A DNA stretch of 32,000 nt, taken from assembly GCA_025355325.1 (NCBI GenBank), contig JANXZX010000098.1, positions 1-32,000 on the forward strand, written 5' to 3'. Made by a program: the position numbers and the translations under genes. This DNA is from Geobacteraceae bacterium. GTDB taxonomy: Bacteria > Desulfobacterota > Desulfuromonadia > Geobacterales > Pseudopelobacteraceae. This document shows positions 1-9,663 of the stretch, in pieces. Within the stretch, counting starts at the first letter, position 1. Each line of letters starts with the position of its first letter. Under the pieces are notes generated by a model, which was not told where the DNA came from, searched no databases, and saw only the letters and a list, made by a program, of their open reading frames with translations.

Positions 1-6
1 CAGGTC

Positions 7-34
7 AAAAAAAAGGGCGGGATTTCTCCCGCCC
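7..34 (-). terminator. Rho-independent terminator downstream of the porin gene
   Basis: The 8-bp GC stem GGGCGGGA/TCCCGCCC (15-22/27-34) has a 4-nt loop. On the minus strand it is followed by an 8-nt U run (7-14). It lies 33 nt past the porin stop. Confidence 0.8.
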
Positions 35-67
35 TTCAGGACTGATGTCTTCTAAATCGTCAAACGA

Positions 68-1135
68 TTAGAAGTTAATCTGCCATTTTGCGCCAATTGC
101 GTAGTCTTTCTTCTTTTGATCAGTACCACTGCCGTCCTTCAGCTGGTCGTAGTAATCAAATTCAGGAGTAACGGTGACGTTTTTGGCCAGCGTAATAGGA
201 GCGTTGATAAATAACGCCATCTTGTCGTCATATTTAGCACCGGAAATGTCCTGTTTGTCAGCTACATAGCCAAAGCCAATATTCCCGCTGAGGGTGTCAG
301 AGAATTTCTGGGTAGCCTGAAGATAACCTTCAAAGCCGACAGTATTCTTATAATCAGTACCAACCATTCCAGAAACTGCACGGCCAGCAAAGCCCATTTC
401 AGCTGCATTCTGAGAGAAGCTCAGGCTGCCCTGCAATGAAGTTGCTCCAAAAGCAGCAGTACCCTGCGCATAACCAAGGAAAGAATTAACAGACTTGTCA
501 GAAGAGTTTTTGTATGTCTGACCAACTACACCAACATTGTAACCGACTGTGCCAGCTTTACCGGCATAACCGATATTCAGTTTTGGCAGTATCTGTGAAG
601 ATTTTCCGCCATTTGCTGATTCAAAGTTAGAAAAACCACCAGCTGTGGAAGTCGCAGTTACTGACACATTGCCAGTCGGCTGAATGGCAGCAAAGTACAG
701 ACCATTATTCAGTTTCACTTTGAGCTGCGCCTGACGGGTATCCCACAACGCTCCGAGGCCGTTATTAGAGTTATCATCACCGTGAACCTGGGCAGATGTG
801 AGGTAGTAGTTGTTGTAATCCTGACCAACAGTCAATACGCCACCACCAAAATTCCAAGTTCCGTAGAGCAGGCGGATATTAGCGCCGCCAGAAGCACCGT
901 ACTCTACTTTACCACCAACATCACCATTTTTGAAGTCAACTCCAAAACGGCTGTTGGTCTGTAGATGCTCATCAAAACCTGCAGTTTGGCCAGTTGTCGC
1001 TTTGGTATCATTCATGTTGTAAAACGTTGACAGACGTGCAGAACCGTAAAAAGATGTTTCTGCCATAGCCGGAATGGCCAATGCGGAAAGTGCGCCTACT
1101 GCTGCTGCGATTGCTACTGTTTTTTTAAAGCTCAT
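68..1135 (-). CDS. Outer-membrane beta-barrel porin
   Basis: The N-terminus has a Sec signal peptide (MSFKKTVAIAAAVGALSALAIPAMA). The body is Gly/Tyr/Asn-rich with alternating beta-strand character, and the C-terminus ends in Phe (WQINF). I prefer the ATG at 1135 because GGAGG lies 7 nt upstream; the track ORF begins 5 codons earlier at 1150. Confidence 0.7.
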   Translation of the reverse strand: MSFKKTVAIAAAVGALSALAIPAMAETSFYGSARLSTFYNMNDTKATTGQTAGFDEHLQTNSRFGVDFKNGDVGGKVEYGASGGANIRLLYGTWNFGGGVLTVGQDYNNYYLTSAQVHGDDNSNNGLGALWDTRQAQLKVKLNNGLYFAAIQPTGNVSVTATSTAGGFSNFESANGGKSSQILPKLNIGYAGKAGTVGYNVGVVGQTYKNSSDKSVNSFLGYAQGTAAFGATSLQGSLSFSQNAAEMGFAGRAVSGMVGTDYKNTVGFEGYLQATQKFSDTLSGNIGFGYVADKQDISGAKYDDKMALFINAPITLAKNVTVTPEFDYYDQLKDGSGTDQKKKDYAIGAKWQINF

Positions 1136-1297
1136 AGTGTGTTCCTCCATTTTTTATGATAGTTGCTTGTACTACTGCGGATAACATACTCTCAGATTTG
1201 TTTGATGCCGTTGCTCACCACCTTTCATAGTAAATTTGGCCTGAACTTCTCAAACGACTTCGCCATCAAAATCGCATACTCTCTGAAACACAAATAC

Positions 1298-1332
1298 CTT
1301 TAAGCATCCGATTCAAACAAGGATGCTTAAAG
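1298..1332 (-). other. 12-bp stem-loop in the 440-bp porin/epimerase intergenic region (possible distal terminator or porin 5'-leader structure)
   Basis: CTTTAAGCATCC (1298-1309) pairs perfectly with GGATGCTTAAAG (1321-1332) across an 11-nt loop. On the minus strand it is followed by the U-rich stretch GUAUUUGUGUUUC. Its function is unknown. Confidence 0.3.
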
Positions 1333-1589
1333 GCATAATATAAAGGCGTGATATTTTTTTCGTTCTGAAACGTTCAAAATATGGTCGCTCCCGGTTGTCG
1401 CTGCCAGCTGTGCTGGAACTCAGTGTTATTAATCGGTTAGCTACTTCTTAGTCTCGTTTGTTTCAGGTTCTGTTCTATTTGAATGGCCAAAATATACAAC
1501 AAATCAAACGAATGTCAACAAAAATTTAACAATAAGCAGATAACCCCCTGTTTATTCGTGATAAACATCAATAAAACCTCTGTTTAAAA

Positions 1590-1994
1590 TCAGTGTCCTG
1601 CCTGACACAACTCCGTCAACACACCTTTACTACTTTTCGGGTGAATAAAGGCAATGCTGCTTCCGTGTGCGCCGTGGCGCGGTTTCTCATCGATCATCCG
1701 GTTGCCGCTTGCAAGTAATGTGGCAATTGCCGCCTCGATATCTTCGACTTCATAGGCTATGTGATGAATACCGGCACCGTTCTTTTCTATAAACCTGGCA
1801 ACCGGGCTATCTTCGGAGGTCGGCTCAAGCAATTCTATCATGGATTCGCCAACATGCAACATGGCGACCCGAACTTTCTGTTCAACAACTTCCTCGGTAC
1901 CGGCAAAGGACATACCAAGGGCGTCGCGATAAAAGGGAATTGCATCGTCGAGTGAGGTAACAGCTATGCCGATATGGTTGATTTTTGTAAGCAT
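1590..1994 (-). CDS. mce: Methylmalonyl-CoA epimerase (VOC/glyoxalase fold)
   Basis: At 134 aa, it starts INHIGIAV...AIPFYRDALGM and contains IHHIAYEV, which is typical of the epimerase. An AAAGGA SD lies upstream. It sits last in an operon with the mutase and carboxylase genes. Confidence 0.85.
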   Translation of the reverse strand: MLTKINHIGIAVTSLDDAIPFYRDALGMSFAGTEEVVEQKVRVAMLHVGESMIELLEPTSEDSPVARFIEKNGAGIHHIAYEVEDIEAAIATLLASGNRMIDEKPRHGAHGSSIAFIHPKSSKGVLTELCQAGH

Positions 1995-2013
1995 GAATAA
2001 ATCCTTTCATTTT

Positions 2014-2043
2014 GAAACACAGAGCAACTGAGCAACGGAGAAA
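2014..2043. repeat. Inverted-repeat arm A of the GxxExxY cassette (GAAACACAGAGCAACTGAGCAACGGAGAAA)
   Basis: It matches the reverse complement of 2463-2492 at 28 of 30 positions. The sequence is built from repeated (N)GAGCAAC units. It ends 19 nt upstream of the mce start codon. Confidence 0.85.
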
Positions 2044-2087
2044 TTCTTGAGATCATGGTTATAGCCCAATTCCGACTATTATAACGA

Positions 2088-2498
2088 TTAACAGGCAATT
2101 CTTATGAGGCCGTCTTTCAGGAGCTTGGTATTAAAATTAATCAGAAGTCCAATTTTGTTACCTGTCAATTTCAAGTATGTATAAATTTGGGCCTCATGTA
2201 TTGGCAATACTTTTTCAACACACTTTAACTCTACAATGACCTTGTTCTCAACAAGCAAATCAATACGAAATCCTTCGTCAAAAACTATTCCTTTGTATGA
2301 GACGGCTAGGGGCATCTGACGATCAAACCGTAAACCGGATTTTTCAAGTTCAAATGCAAGACATGACTCATACACCGATTCCAAAAGGCCAGGTCCAAGT
2401 GTTTTATGTACTTCAATCGCACAGCCGATAATACTGTTCGTAATATCGGAATCAAAAAAGACTTTCTCAGTTGCTCCGTTGCTCTGTGTTTCAATCAT
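2088..2498 (-). CDS. GxxExxY family protein (PD-(D/E)XK nuclease-like superfamily)
   Basis: The family-defining block is LGPGLLESVYESCLAFELEKSGL, followed by RIDLLVENKVIVELK (D..E.K nuclease-like motif). The first 12 codons (MIETQSNGATEK) are encoded by the flanking repeat. No SD is present, and the start lies 5 nt after the mutase stop. Confidence 0.8.
   Translation of the reverse strand: MIETQSNGATEKVFFDSDITNSIIGCAIEVHKTLGPGLLESVYESCLAFELEKSGLRFDRQMPLAVSYKGIVFDEGFRIDLLVENKVIVELKCVEKVLPIHEAQIYTYLKLTGNKIGLLINFNTKLLKDGLIRIAC
2463..2492. repeat. Inverted-repeat arm B of the GxxExxY cassette
   Basis: Its reverse complement reads GAAACACAGAGCAACGGAGCAACTGAGAAA. It pairs with arm A (2014-2043), overlaps the 5' end of the GxxExxY ORF and lies 11 nt from the mutase stop. 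Confidence 0.85.
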
Positions 2499-2503
2499 TA
2501 CTT

Positions 2504-4156
2504 TTACAGCACGACCGTTTCAGTGTGCTTTCCGAATACACCTCTGAAAACATCGGCGATTTCACCCAGAGTGGCATACGTTTTAACTGCCGCGAGGATG
2601 TACGGCATCAGGTTGTCCGTGCTTTTTGCAGCAATCTCAAGTTGCGCCAGCGCTGCGGCGACTGCTGCATTATCACGTCCTGACTTCATCCCGGCAAGTG
2701 ACTTCTTCTGGGATATTTCTACTTCTTCCTTGACCCTGAGCAGACCGGTTGGAGGTGGCTCCTGTACGGTAAACTTGTTAACGCCAACGATAATCAGTTC
2801 ATTTTTTTCAATCGACTTCTGGTATGCATACGCAGAGTCCTGAATTTCCTTCTGCTGGAAACCGCGTGAAATTGCTTCAACAGCTCCACCAAGTTTGTCG
2901 ATTTTTTCAATATATTCCAGCGACGCTTTTTCAATCTGATCAGTCAAAGACTCAACAAGGAACGACCCGGCCAGCGGGTCTATACTGTCAGCAGCGCCTG
3001 ATTCGTAAGCAATGACCTGCTGTGTTCGGAGTGCGATTCTGACAGAATCCTCTGTTGGAAGCGCCAGCGCCTCGTCACGGGAATTGGTGTGCAGCGACTG
3101 GGTGCCCCCCAATACGGCGGACAGCGCCTGAATTGTGACGCGCATGATGTTGTTGTCCGGCTGTTGGGCGGTGAGAGTACAACCAGCCGTCTGGGTGTGA
3201 AAGCGGAGCATCTGCGATTTCGGGTCTTTGGCACCGAACCGCTCAGTCATGATTTTCGCCCAGATACGGCGAGCGGCACGGAACTTCGCAACCTCTTCAA
3301 ACAGGTTGTTATGAGCATTGAAGAAGAATGCCAGTCGTGGCGCGAATTCGTCCACGGCCAAACCTGCTTTGATGGCTGCTTCCACGTAGGCAATTCCGTC
3401 AGCCAGCGTGAATGCAACTTCCTGAACAGCGCTGGAACCGGCTTCGCGAATGTGGTAGCCGGAGATGGAAATGGTATTCCACTTGGGGACATTGTCTTTG
3501 CAGTAGGCAAAGATGTCCGTGATAATCCTCATGGATTCCTTGGGAGGATAGATATAGGTACCGCGAGCCATGTACTCTTTGAGGATGTCGTTCTGTATGG
3601 TTCCGGAGATCTTGTCGGCCGAAACTCCCTGCTTTTCCGCAACGGCGATATACATGCAGAGAAGGATGGCGGCTGTTGAGTTGATCGTCATCGAAGTGGA
3701 AACCTTGTCGAGCGGGATGCCGTCAAAAAGAATTTCCATATCGGCCAAAGAATCGATGGCAACACCAACTTTGCCGACTTCACCAAGGCTCATACCGGCA
3801 TCGGAGTCGTAGCCCATCTGGGTCGGCAGGTCGAAGGCGATCGAAAGTCCGGTCTGACCGGCGGACAGGAGGTATTTGTAGCGCTCGTTTGATTCTTTGG
3901 CGGTACCGAAACCGGCATACTGGCGCATAGTCCAGAAGCGGCCGCGATACATGGTCGGCTGTACTCCGCGAGTATAGGGATAGTCCCCGGGAAAGCCCAA
4001 CTGTTCATCATAACCGGGATAGTCGAAGCCGGGGGTGAAGCAGCGCTCCATCTCGATATTCGATGATGTCAGAAATTTTTCCATCCGTTCAGGAGATTTG
4101 GCTAGACCTTTAGCAACTTTCTCATTCCATTTTTGCTTTTTATCTTTGATGCTCAT
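2504..4156 (-). CDS. Methylmalonyl-CoA mutase family, catalytic (large) subunit without a B12-binding domain
   Basis: The sequence [42 protein letters not shown] and [16 protein letters not shown] are classic acyl-CoA mutase TIM-barrel motifs. The protein ends after the barrel and linker, with no DxHxxG B12 domain. I prefer the ATG at 4156 (MSIKDKK), which has a GAGGTG SD. Confidence 0.9.
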   Translation of the reverse strand: MSIKDKKQKWNEKVAKGLAKSPERMEKFLTSSNIEMERCFTPGFDYPGYDEQLGFPGDYPYTRGVQPTMYRGRFWTMRQYAGFGTAKESNERYKYLLSAGQTGLSIAFDLPTQMGYDSDAGMSLGEVGKVGVAIDSLADMEILFDGIPLDKVSTSMTINSTAAILLCMYIAVAEKQGVSADKISGTIQNDILKEYMARGTYIYPPKESMRIITDIFAYCKDNVPKWNTISISGYHIREAGSSAVQEVAFTLADGIAYVEAAIKAGLAVDEFAPRLAFFFNAHNNLFEEVAKFRAARRIWAKIMTERFGAKDPKSQMLRFHTQTAGCTLTAQQPDNNIMRVTIQALSAVLGGTQSLHTNSRDEALALPTEDSVRIALRTQQVIAYESGAADSIDPLAGSFLVESLTDQIEKASLEYIEKIDKLGGAVEAISRGFQQKEIQDSAYAYQKSIEKNELIIVGVNKFTVQEPPPTGLLRVKEEVEISQKKSLAGMKSGRDNAAVAAALAQLEIAAKSTDNLMPYILAAVKTYATLGEIADVFRGVFGKHTETVVL

Positions 4157-4292
4157 GATGTAACACCTCAAAATTGATTTTATATAGTGACTACGTAAAC
4201 GGGCAAGGGGCTAAAGAAAAAGTATCACCTCTTAACTTCAGCCCCCTGTTTTCAGATTTATACCTCAACAAACTAACAAAATTAATTCATGC

Positions 4293-7202
4293 CTATAACG
4301 TGTTGTGCAGCACAGCTTTCAAATATAACGTCGTCCGCTCACGTCTTTCAGCTTCAACCGCTTTGTGGTCAACTTCGATAAATTTCTCATCAGGGGTAAT
4401 TTTGAAGAGCGGCTGCCCCTTCTGAACTATGGTTCCATCGGCCCCTTCCATGATGATCTTGTCAATAGTTCCGGAGAACGGCGCCCGGATGGTATTAAAC
4501 ATTTTCATAACCTCAATTATATACAGCGGCTGCCCTTCGTCGAAATGCATCCCCTCACTCACAAAAGTCGGCAGACCGGGCGCTTCCTGTCCGTAATACA
4601 TACCGCCGCACACTGAAACGATTTCGTCAGCTTTGGTAGCCGGAGGTGGCACAAGAATCTTCTTCATTCGCGCCTGTAGGTCAAGGTCGGTCAGATAATC
4701 TGGGATTACAACTTCCAGATCATCCAGAACCTTCATATCCCAGAATTTGGTATTTTCTCCGATCAGGAACAACATACCCAACAGTTCGAGTCCGGCTTCA
4801 TAACCAAAGTGAGCGGAACGGATCTGCTCCCAGGTCTCCGCATCAAAGCCGGCTTGAGGTTTTTCCTTTTTCACCAACTCATTGAGCTTGAAGTACTCGT
4901 CGCGTTCCAACCCGAGCTTCTCGCGCAGTGTGCGGTAAAAGTGCAGCGACTGTTGCAGCAACTCGTTGTCATGATCCCAGATAATTTCGGCTGCCGGCTT
5001 GTGCGGCCGGTAATTCATATGCAGGTACTCGTAGGTTTCGTTGAGGACGCCAAGAGGGTTCCTCAGCCAGACAACCTTGCCTTTTTCGATACGGAAATTC
5101 TTCGTGTTCGTGCTCAGCCAACCAGAGAGAAGATGCGGATCTTCAAGGAGGCGCTCCATGGGACGGGTTATCAGAGTCCCCTTGCGATCAAGAAGTGCAG
5201 ACATGTTTTTCAGCTCTTTGGCACAAACATCCGGCTGGTCGGCATACTGCTCTGCAACATGTTTGGCGTAATGCTTCTTCATCTGGAAGAAGGCATAAAC
5301 AACATCCAGACGGTTTGCCTCTTCTTTAAGCGTTCCAACCAGGGCAAGATATGGCACTACGAAGCGGGTCGTCGGCTTGGCCATGACATTCCGGCCCAGG
5401 AACCAGTTTACCAGTCCATAATGAAATTCAAGGTTCGTCGCCAGGGCGCTGCCGCGCAACGTCGTACTGCGCAGTACCTCGGAGAGACGTTCGTAACTGG
5501 CCAGACGGTCCTCGCCCTTGGTGAGAAGCAGGGCAATATTTGAGTCATACGCGCCGGCAACTTTGTATTTCATAAATATGCCGGTGTCCGGGTTGGTCAT
5601 GCAGATGCCCTGATCGTCGCGAACTTCGCCTTTGATCGGCTTCGACCAGTAGCGGATCATTCCGCCTGCATGGGGCGAAAGAGAAGCATCCGTGGCATTC
5701 AGACGAGCCTCTACCGAAGCATTAAAGCGGACAATTCGCTCCGGCTTCGGCAACCGTTCCTTATGCTGCGCCAACAGCGCCATTGCTTCAACCAGAGATT
5801 CAACGATAAAGAAATCTTTCGGGTCTTTCGGGTTGGTGAACTTGAGGCTGTAGCAAAGTTCCGTAACACGGTGCTCAACCTGGATGCGGGTATTCACCTC
5901 CATGAAGAAATGACGGTCACGGTCAACAATACACTCAAAGGTTGAGGCAGAGTCCAGACCGACAGCCTGGCCAAACCGTGCCGACTCCTCTTCCATCCGT
6001 GCAAGCACCTTCAAGTCGGACTCAAGTGCCGTTACTTCCGCTTTTCGTCCGGCAGCTTTGGCCTTCTCAATTGCCGCCATTAACCCTTCCTGAGTAACGG
6101 AAACTTCCAGAAGTTTCTGCTCGTGCATCTGCAATGAGCAGTCACGGCCACCAAGAGATATGCACCACACTCCGTTCCCCAGCAACTGGATCTCATTGTG
6201 ACGGGTCTGCTCGATGTTCAATTCAACCAGGACGTTTTTGTTGTCGCCAACGCCATTGGCCTTGACCTCGTTCAGGACTTCACGCACCATCGCAGGCGCT
6301 TCGGCAGCCGCCTTGGCAATCGCCTTGTCATCGGCTTTTTTGAGGCCGAGCAGCGAGGCGCCGAGAATACGCTGTCCCTTACCACCACCGCCGCCGATCG
6401 CTTTGACACGGAAGCGGCTTTGGGGATATTTTTTAAACAGTTCTGTTACTTCAATCTGAACCTGGGCACAGAGCTCCTCTATGGAATACAGATCTATTCC
6501 CTTGCTGTAGGAGGTCATCAGGATATGGTCGGCCAGCACCTCAATGGCAAGTTTCTTATCTGCAAGAATTTTCTTGTCGCAGGCCAGCCCCTCTGCTTCG
6601 ACAAGCATGAGGAGTTTTTCACGGGTAGGATATTTCTTTAATAATGTCAGTGCAGTTACGTTATTGATACCGGGGGTGACGCTGACATTCACCTGCAATG
6701 CAGTGCGTTTTGCTTCGTCCTTCTTGCCTGCCCGCGCCTGAGTGTTGGCACATGGCCCGATGAACTTGAGCCCTGCCTTTTCAATAGCAGCAACAAACTC
6801 TTCGTCTTCAGCCATAAATCCGTAACCGGCAAAGATCGAATCATAGCCGTTGTCTTTAGCCATACTGATGATCTGATTTATACGCTCGACTCGCTCTTCC
6901 TTGCTGGCGCCGCTGTAATCAGGCACCCGGTGAACACGTTTCGAATCAGTCAGTTGACGTAGTTCGGGGGCAAGAGCATTCGGATAGATGATTGAGTCTT
7001 TTTCAGAAAGCAGAATACCGTAATGGGTAATCCCCATCTCTTCATAGACATCCATTGCTTCCTTACGGATCGGCCCACGGCAGACAATCAGCGGCTTAAG
7101 ATCCTCGCAGGAAAAAGAACGCACCCACTCGGAAGAAGACTTGCTCAACTTGCGGTTCCGGTGGATCAGGGGGTTATGTTTGTAGTAATCGGTCTGTGGC
7201 AT
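4293..7202 (-). CDS. Biotin carboxylase / biotin carboxyl carrier fusion (acyl-CoA carboxylase alpha-like), atypically long at 969 aa
   Basis: An ATP-grasp glycine loop (VKAIGGGGGKGQRIL) and a biotin-carboxylase-like core (HFFMEVNTRIQVEHRVTE) are present. The C-terminus is a biotinyl domain with the EVMKM motif. About 400 aa separate the core from the BCCP domain. Confidence 0.85.
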   Translation of the reverse strand: MPQTDYYKHNPLIHRNRKLSKSSSEWVRSFSCEDLKPLIVCRGPIRKEAMDVYEEMGITHYGILLSEKDSIIYPNALAPELRQLTDSKRVHRVPDYSGASKEERVERINQIISMAKDNGYDSIFAGYGFMAEDEEFVAAIEKAGLKFIGPCANTQARAGKKDEAKRTALQVNVSVTPGINNVTALTLLKKYPTREKLLMLVEAEGLACDKKILADKKLAIEVLADHILMTSYSKGIDLYSIEELCAQVQIEVTELFKKYPQSRFRVKAIGGGGGKGQRILGASLLGLKKADDKAIAKAAAEAPAMVREVLNEVKANGVGDNKNVLVELNIEQTRHNEIQLLGNGVWCISLGGRDCSLQMHEQKLLEVSVTQEGLMAAIEKAKAAGRKAEVTALESDLKVLARMEEESARFGQAVGLDSASTFECIVDRDRHFFMEVNTRIQVEHRVTELCYSLKFTNPKDPKDFFIVESLVEAMALLAQHKERLPKPERIVRFNASVEARLNATDASLSPHAGGMIRYWSKPIKGEVRDDQGICMTNPDTGIFMKYKVAGAYDSNIALLLTKGEDRLASYERLSEVLRSTTLRGSALATNLEFHYGLVNWFLGRNVMAKPTTRFVVPYLALVGTLKEEANRLDVVYAFFQMKKHYAKHVAEQYADQPDVCAKELKNMSALLDRKGTLITRPMERLLEDPHLLSGWLSTNTKNFRIEKGKVVWLRNPLGVLNETYEYLHMNYRPHKPAAEIIWDHDNELLQQSLHFYRTLREKLGLERDEYFKLNELVKKEKPQAGFDAETWEQIRSAHFGYEAGLELLGMLFLIGENTKFWDMKVLDDLEVVIPDYLTDLDLQARMKKILVPPPATKADEIVSVCGGMYYGQEAPGLPTFVSEGMHFDEGQPLYIIEVMKMFNTIRAPFSGTIDKIIMEGADGTIVQKGQPLFKITPDEKFIEVDHKAVEAERRERTTLYLKAVLHNTL

Positions 7203-7235
7203 GGCTTCTCTATCTCCAATCTGGAATGAATAAAA

Positions 7236-8960
7236 TTAATGGAATTCGCGCTGAATAGCCTGCATCGGTCCCGGCTTGTAATGACGCAGGAAGAAGTTCA
7301 TATTCTCTCCCAGTACCTTGCGCAGGTCGGTGGGCATAACAAGCGAGGAAATGGATCCAAGGGCAAGACCCTCTTTCGGATTCATAAGCTCTTTTTCATA
7401 GCGCATATTCAAAGCAGCGTCCTCAATTTTCAGCCAGTCGGCGGCATCCTTTTCAGCATCAATCTTCGCTTCTCCGGGCGCCATGCCTGCAGCAACCCGC
7501 TCATTGATACCACTTTTTACGCGCCCGGCAACGGCAGCACGCATCTTGCGCACCTCATCCTTATAGACAAATTCCTTGCCGGCCGGCCCCATAACCGCCA
7601 GACGGGTAGTCGGCAACGCAAGAACGAGATCGGCGCCGGTGGGGTAGTTGTTGTACGAAGCATACGCCCCGCCGTAGGCGTTACGGATGATCAGCAGAAT
7701 ACGCGGCGTTCTGATATCGACGATGGAATCGAGCATGGCACGACCGGCCTGAACGATTCCGCGACCTTCCTGCTCGCGACCCGGCAGGAATCCGGTAGTA
7801 TCTTCCATGAAGATCATCGGAATGTTGTATATATTGCAGAAACGGTTGAAACGGGCAATTTTGTACGCGGAATCGACCGTAATCTGTCCTGAGGCGACCG
7901 CACTGTTATTGGCAACAAAACCTACGACATTGCCGCCGAGGCGACCCAGAGCTGTAACTGCTTCACGGGCACGATCCCGCTGAAGTTCAAAATAGTCACC
8001 ATGGTCGCAGATCTGCTGGATCATGATGGAAACATCAAAAGGTGTATTAAAACCGGTTGGAGAGTTAAAAGCCTTCTTCAACAGGGTGTTGATTTCCCAT
8101 GTCTTGCGGTCCAGCGGATCGCTTGTTTCCCGGAAGCGGGCCATAACACTGTTGTTATCGGGAAGATAAGAAAGCAGACTCAAAGCAGTACGCAGGGCAT
8201 CTACCTCATCCTCGACCGTCATATCGGCAACACCGGACTGCCCGTGTACTTTGGGGCCGCCAAGATCCTCCGGCGTCACGTCCTCACCGAGAACCGACTT
8301 GACAACACCCGGTCCGGTCAGACCGAAGAAAGTATCCTGCGGCTGAATCAGGAAACTGCCCTGGCGGGGAAGATAGCTGCCTCCGCCGGCATTGAAGCCA
8401 AACATACACATGATTGAAGGAACAACACCACTGATTTTCCGGAGCGCCGTAAAAGCTTCGGCATAACCGTCAAGACCACCAACCCCTGCCGGCACAAACG
8501 CGCCGGCTGAATCGTTCATGCCGATCAGCGGGATACCTTTCTCACCCGCCATCTGGAACAGTAGAGCCAGTTTGCGACCATTGGTTGCGTCAATTGAACC
8601 GGCCCGCACCGTAAAGTCATGGCCGTAGAGGGCAACATCGCGACCGCCAACATTAAGAATACCGGTTACCAGAGAGGCGCCGTCCAGATTTTTGCCCCAG
8701 TTCTGAAAGAGTACGTTGGGCTCATTTTCCGTCAGGACACGGATACGTTCCCACACGGTCATACGCTTTTTGAAGTGCTGCTTCTCAATCTGCGCGATAC
8801 TGACAGACTTGATTGGGCGCTGAATCAGCTCATGGCCTTCCTTCATGGCCTCTTCATAGCCACCCTTTTTCCCCGGAATTTCACCAGGAATCGTGAATTC
8901 AAGGGTTTCTGCAGGTTTGAACGGGTTTTTCAGTGATGGTTTAATTGCAGTTTTTGACAT
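7236..8960 (-). CDS. Acyl-CoA carboxyltransferase (propionyl-CoA carboxylase beta / methylmalonyl-CoA carboxyltransferase family)
   Basis: At 574 aa, it shows the Carboxyl_trans pattern ([37 protein letters not shown]). It lies directly upstream of the BC/BCCP gene, 34 nt away. Confidence 0.9.
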   Translation of the reverse strand: MSKTAIKPSLKNPFKPAETLEFTIPGEIPGKKGGYEEAMKEGHELIQRPIKSVSIAQIEKQHFKKRMTVWERIRVLTENEPNVLFQNWGKNLDGASLVTGILNVGGRDVALYGHDFTVRAGSIDATNGRKLALLFQMAGEKGIPLIGMNDSAGAFVPAGVGGLDGYAEAFTALRKISGVVPSIMCMFGFNAGGGSYLPRQGSFLIQPQDTFFGLTGPGVVKSVLGEDVTPEDLGGPKVHGQSGVADMTVEDEVDALRTALSLLSYLPDNNSVMARFRETSDPLDRKTWEINTLLKKAFNSPTGFNTPFDVSIMIQQICDHGDYFELQRDRAREAVTALGRLGGNVVGFVANNSAVASGQITVDSAYKIARFNRFCNIYNIPMIFMEDTTGFLPGREQEGRGIVQAGRAMLDSIVDIRTPRILLIIRNAYGGAYASYNNYPTGADLVLALPTTRLAVMGPAGKEFVYKDEVRKMRAAVAGRVKSGINERVAAGMAPGEAKIDAEKDAADWLKIEDAALNMRYEKELMNPKEGLALGSISSLVMPTDLRKVLGENMNFFLRHYKPGPMQAIQREFH

Positions 8961-9026
8961 CTTTTCGCCATCCTTCCAGTTTAATGTTTATCAACAACGC
9001 TGTTCTTGTTTTTGATGTAACTCTTG

Positions 9027-9590
9027 TTATCGTGTAACGACAGCCAACACCTTTACTTCAGAACCATCCTTTGAAAGCAGACGGTGTTTTAACGAAGAGT
9101 CAAAATATACGCAGTCGCCTTCTTCCAGAATGATCCGCTTTTCATCAAGCACCAACTCAGCCGTTCCGCTCATGATAAAAAGAAACTCTTCACCATCGTG
9201 ACTGTAGGTATTCTCTTCGAGCGCCTTTTCGGTAATCGAAAGAAGAAACGGCTCCATTTTCTTGTTTTGTTTATGGAATGACAGCGACTCGTAAGAATAC
9301 CCCTGACTGGTGCCGGCCTTTGAGATAACGCGAGGAATCGCCTTTCTTTCATTGGAGCGGACGACTTCATATCGACATTCTTCTTCGTCTTCCGTAAAGA
9401 AAATACCTATTTTTACATCAAAGAATTTAGCGATTCTGGATAAGGTCGCAATCGGAGGTGAAACGTTATTATTTTCGATTTGTGATATGAGAGCGGGAGA
9501 AAACCCGGTTTCCTTGGCTACGGCTTGGAGGGTCAGTTTTTTTGAAAGACGGAGCTTTTTAATTTTAGCCCCAATGTTGAATTCACGCAT
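9027..9590 (-). CDS. XRE-family HTH / cupin-domain transcriptional regulator
   Basis: The N-terminus is an HTH (IKKLRLSKKLTLQAVAKETGFSPALISQIENN). The C-terminus is a cupin (GEEFLFIMSGTAELVLDE...GDCVYFDSSLKHRL). It is the first gene of the carboxylase/mutase cluster, and no terminator lies before the carboxyltransferase gene. Confidence 0.85.
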   Translation of the reverse strand: MREFNIGAKIKKLRLSKKLTLQAVAKETGFSPALISQIENNNVSPPIATLSRIAKFFDVKIGIFFTEDEEECRYEVVRSNERKAIPRVISKAGTSQGYSYESLSFHKQNKKMEPFLLSITEKALEENTYSHDGEEFLFIMSGTAELVLDEKRIILEEGDCVYFDSSLKHRLLSKDGSEVKVLAVVTR

Positions 9591-9634
9591 CCAAACCCCT
9601 GACTATCAAAGTAAAACTCAGTTTCCGTGCGGGG

Positions 9635-9663
9635 TTTGTATACAATTTGCTTTACAATGTCAA
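9635..9663 (-). promoter_or_regulatory. Candidate promoter with a palindromic operator for the XRE-cupin regulator
   Basis: The minus strand reads TTGACA(9663-9658)-17 nt-TACAAA(9640-9635). The perfect 10-bp palindrome TTGTATACAA (9636-9645) overlaps the -10, and an extra TTGTA half-site lies 7 nt upstream. The -10 lacks the conserved final T. Confidence 0.3.

Noticed and set aside
1208-1217. A single CCGTTGCTCA unit (GAGCAACGG on the other strand) in the porin upstream region. I considered it as a third copy of the GAGCAAC repeat element.
   Set aside because: Only one ~9-nt unit is present, with no GAAACAC terminus and no inverted partner. That is compatible with chance.
3089-3679. A 196-aa plus-strand ORF, together with the similar long antisense ORFs at 4809-5543, 7239-7892, 8001-8417, 11169-12065, 21549-22169 and 22789-23367.
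   Set aside because: Each lies entirely antisense within a gene whose product has clear conserved family motifs (mutase, carboxylase subunits, TrmFO, U32, DnaB). The translations are low-complexity and Arg/Gly-rich with no recognisable motifs or SD. This is typical shadow-ORF behaviour in GC-rich coding DNA.
4172-4292. The possibility of a cobalamin riboswitch upstream of the B12-dependent mutase gene.
   Set aside because: The 121-nt spacer is too short, and no B12-box-like consensus is visible. It holds only a single imperfect hairpin (AGGGGCTAAAG/CTTCAGCCCCT) and looks like an intercistronic stem within the operon.
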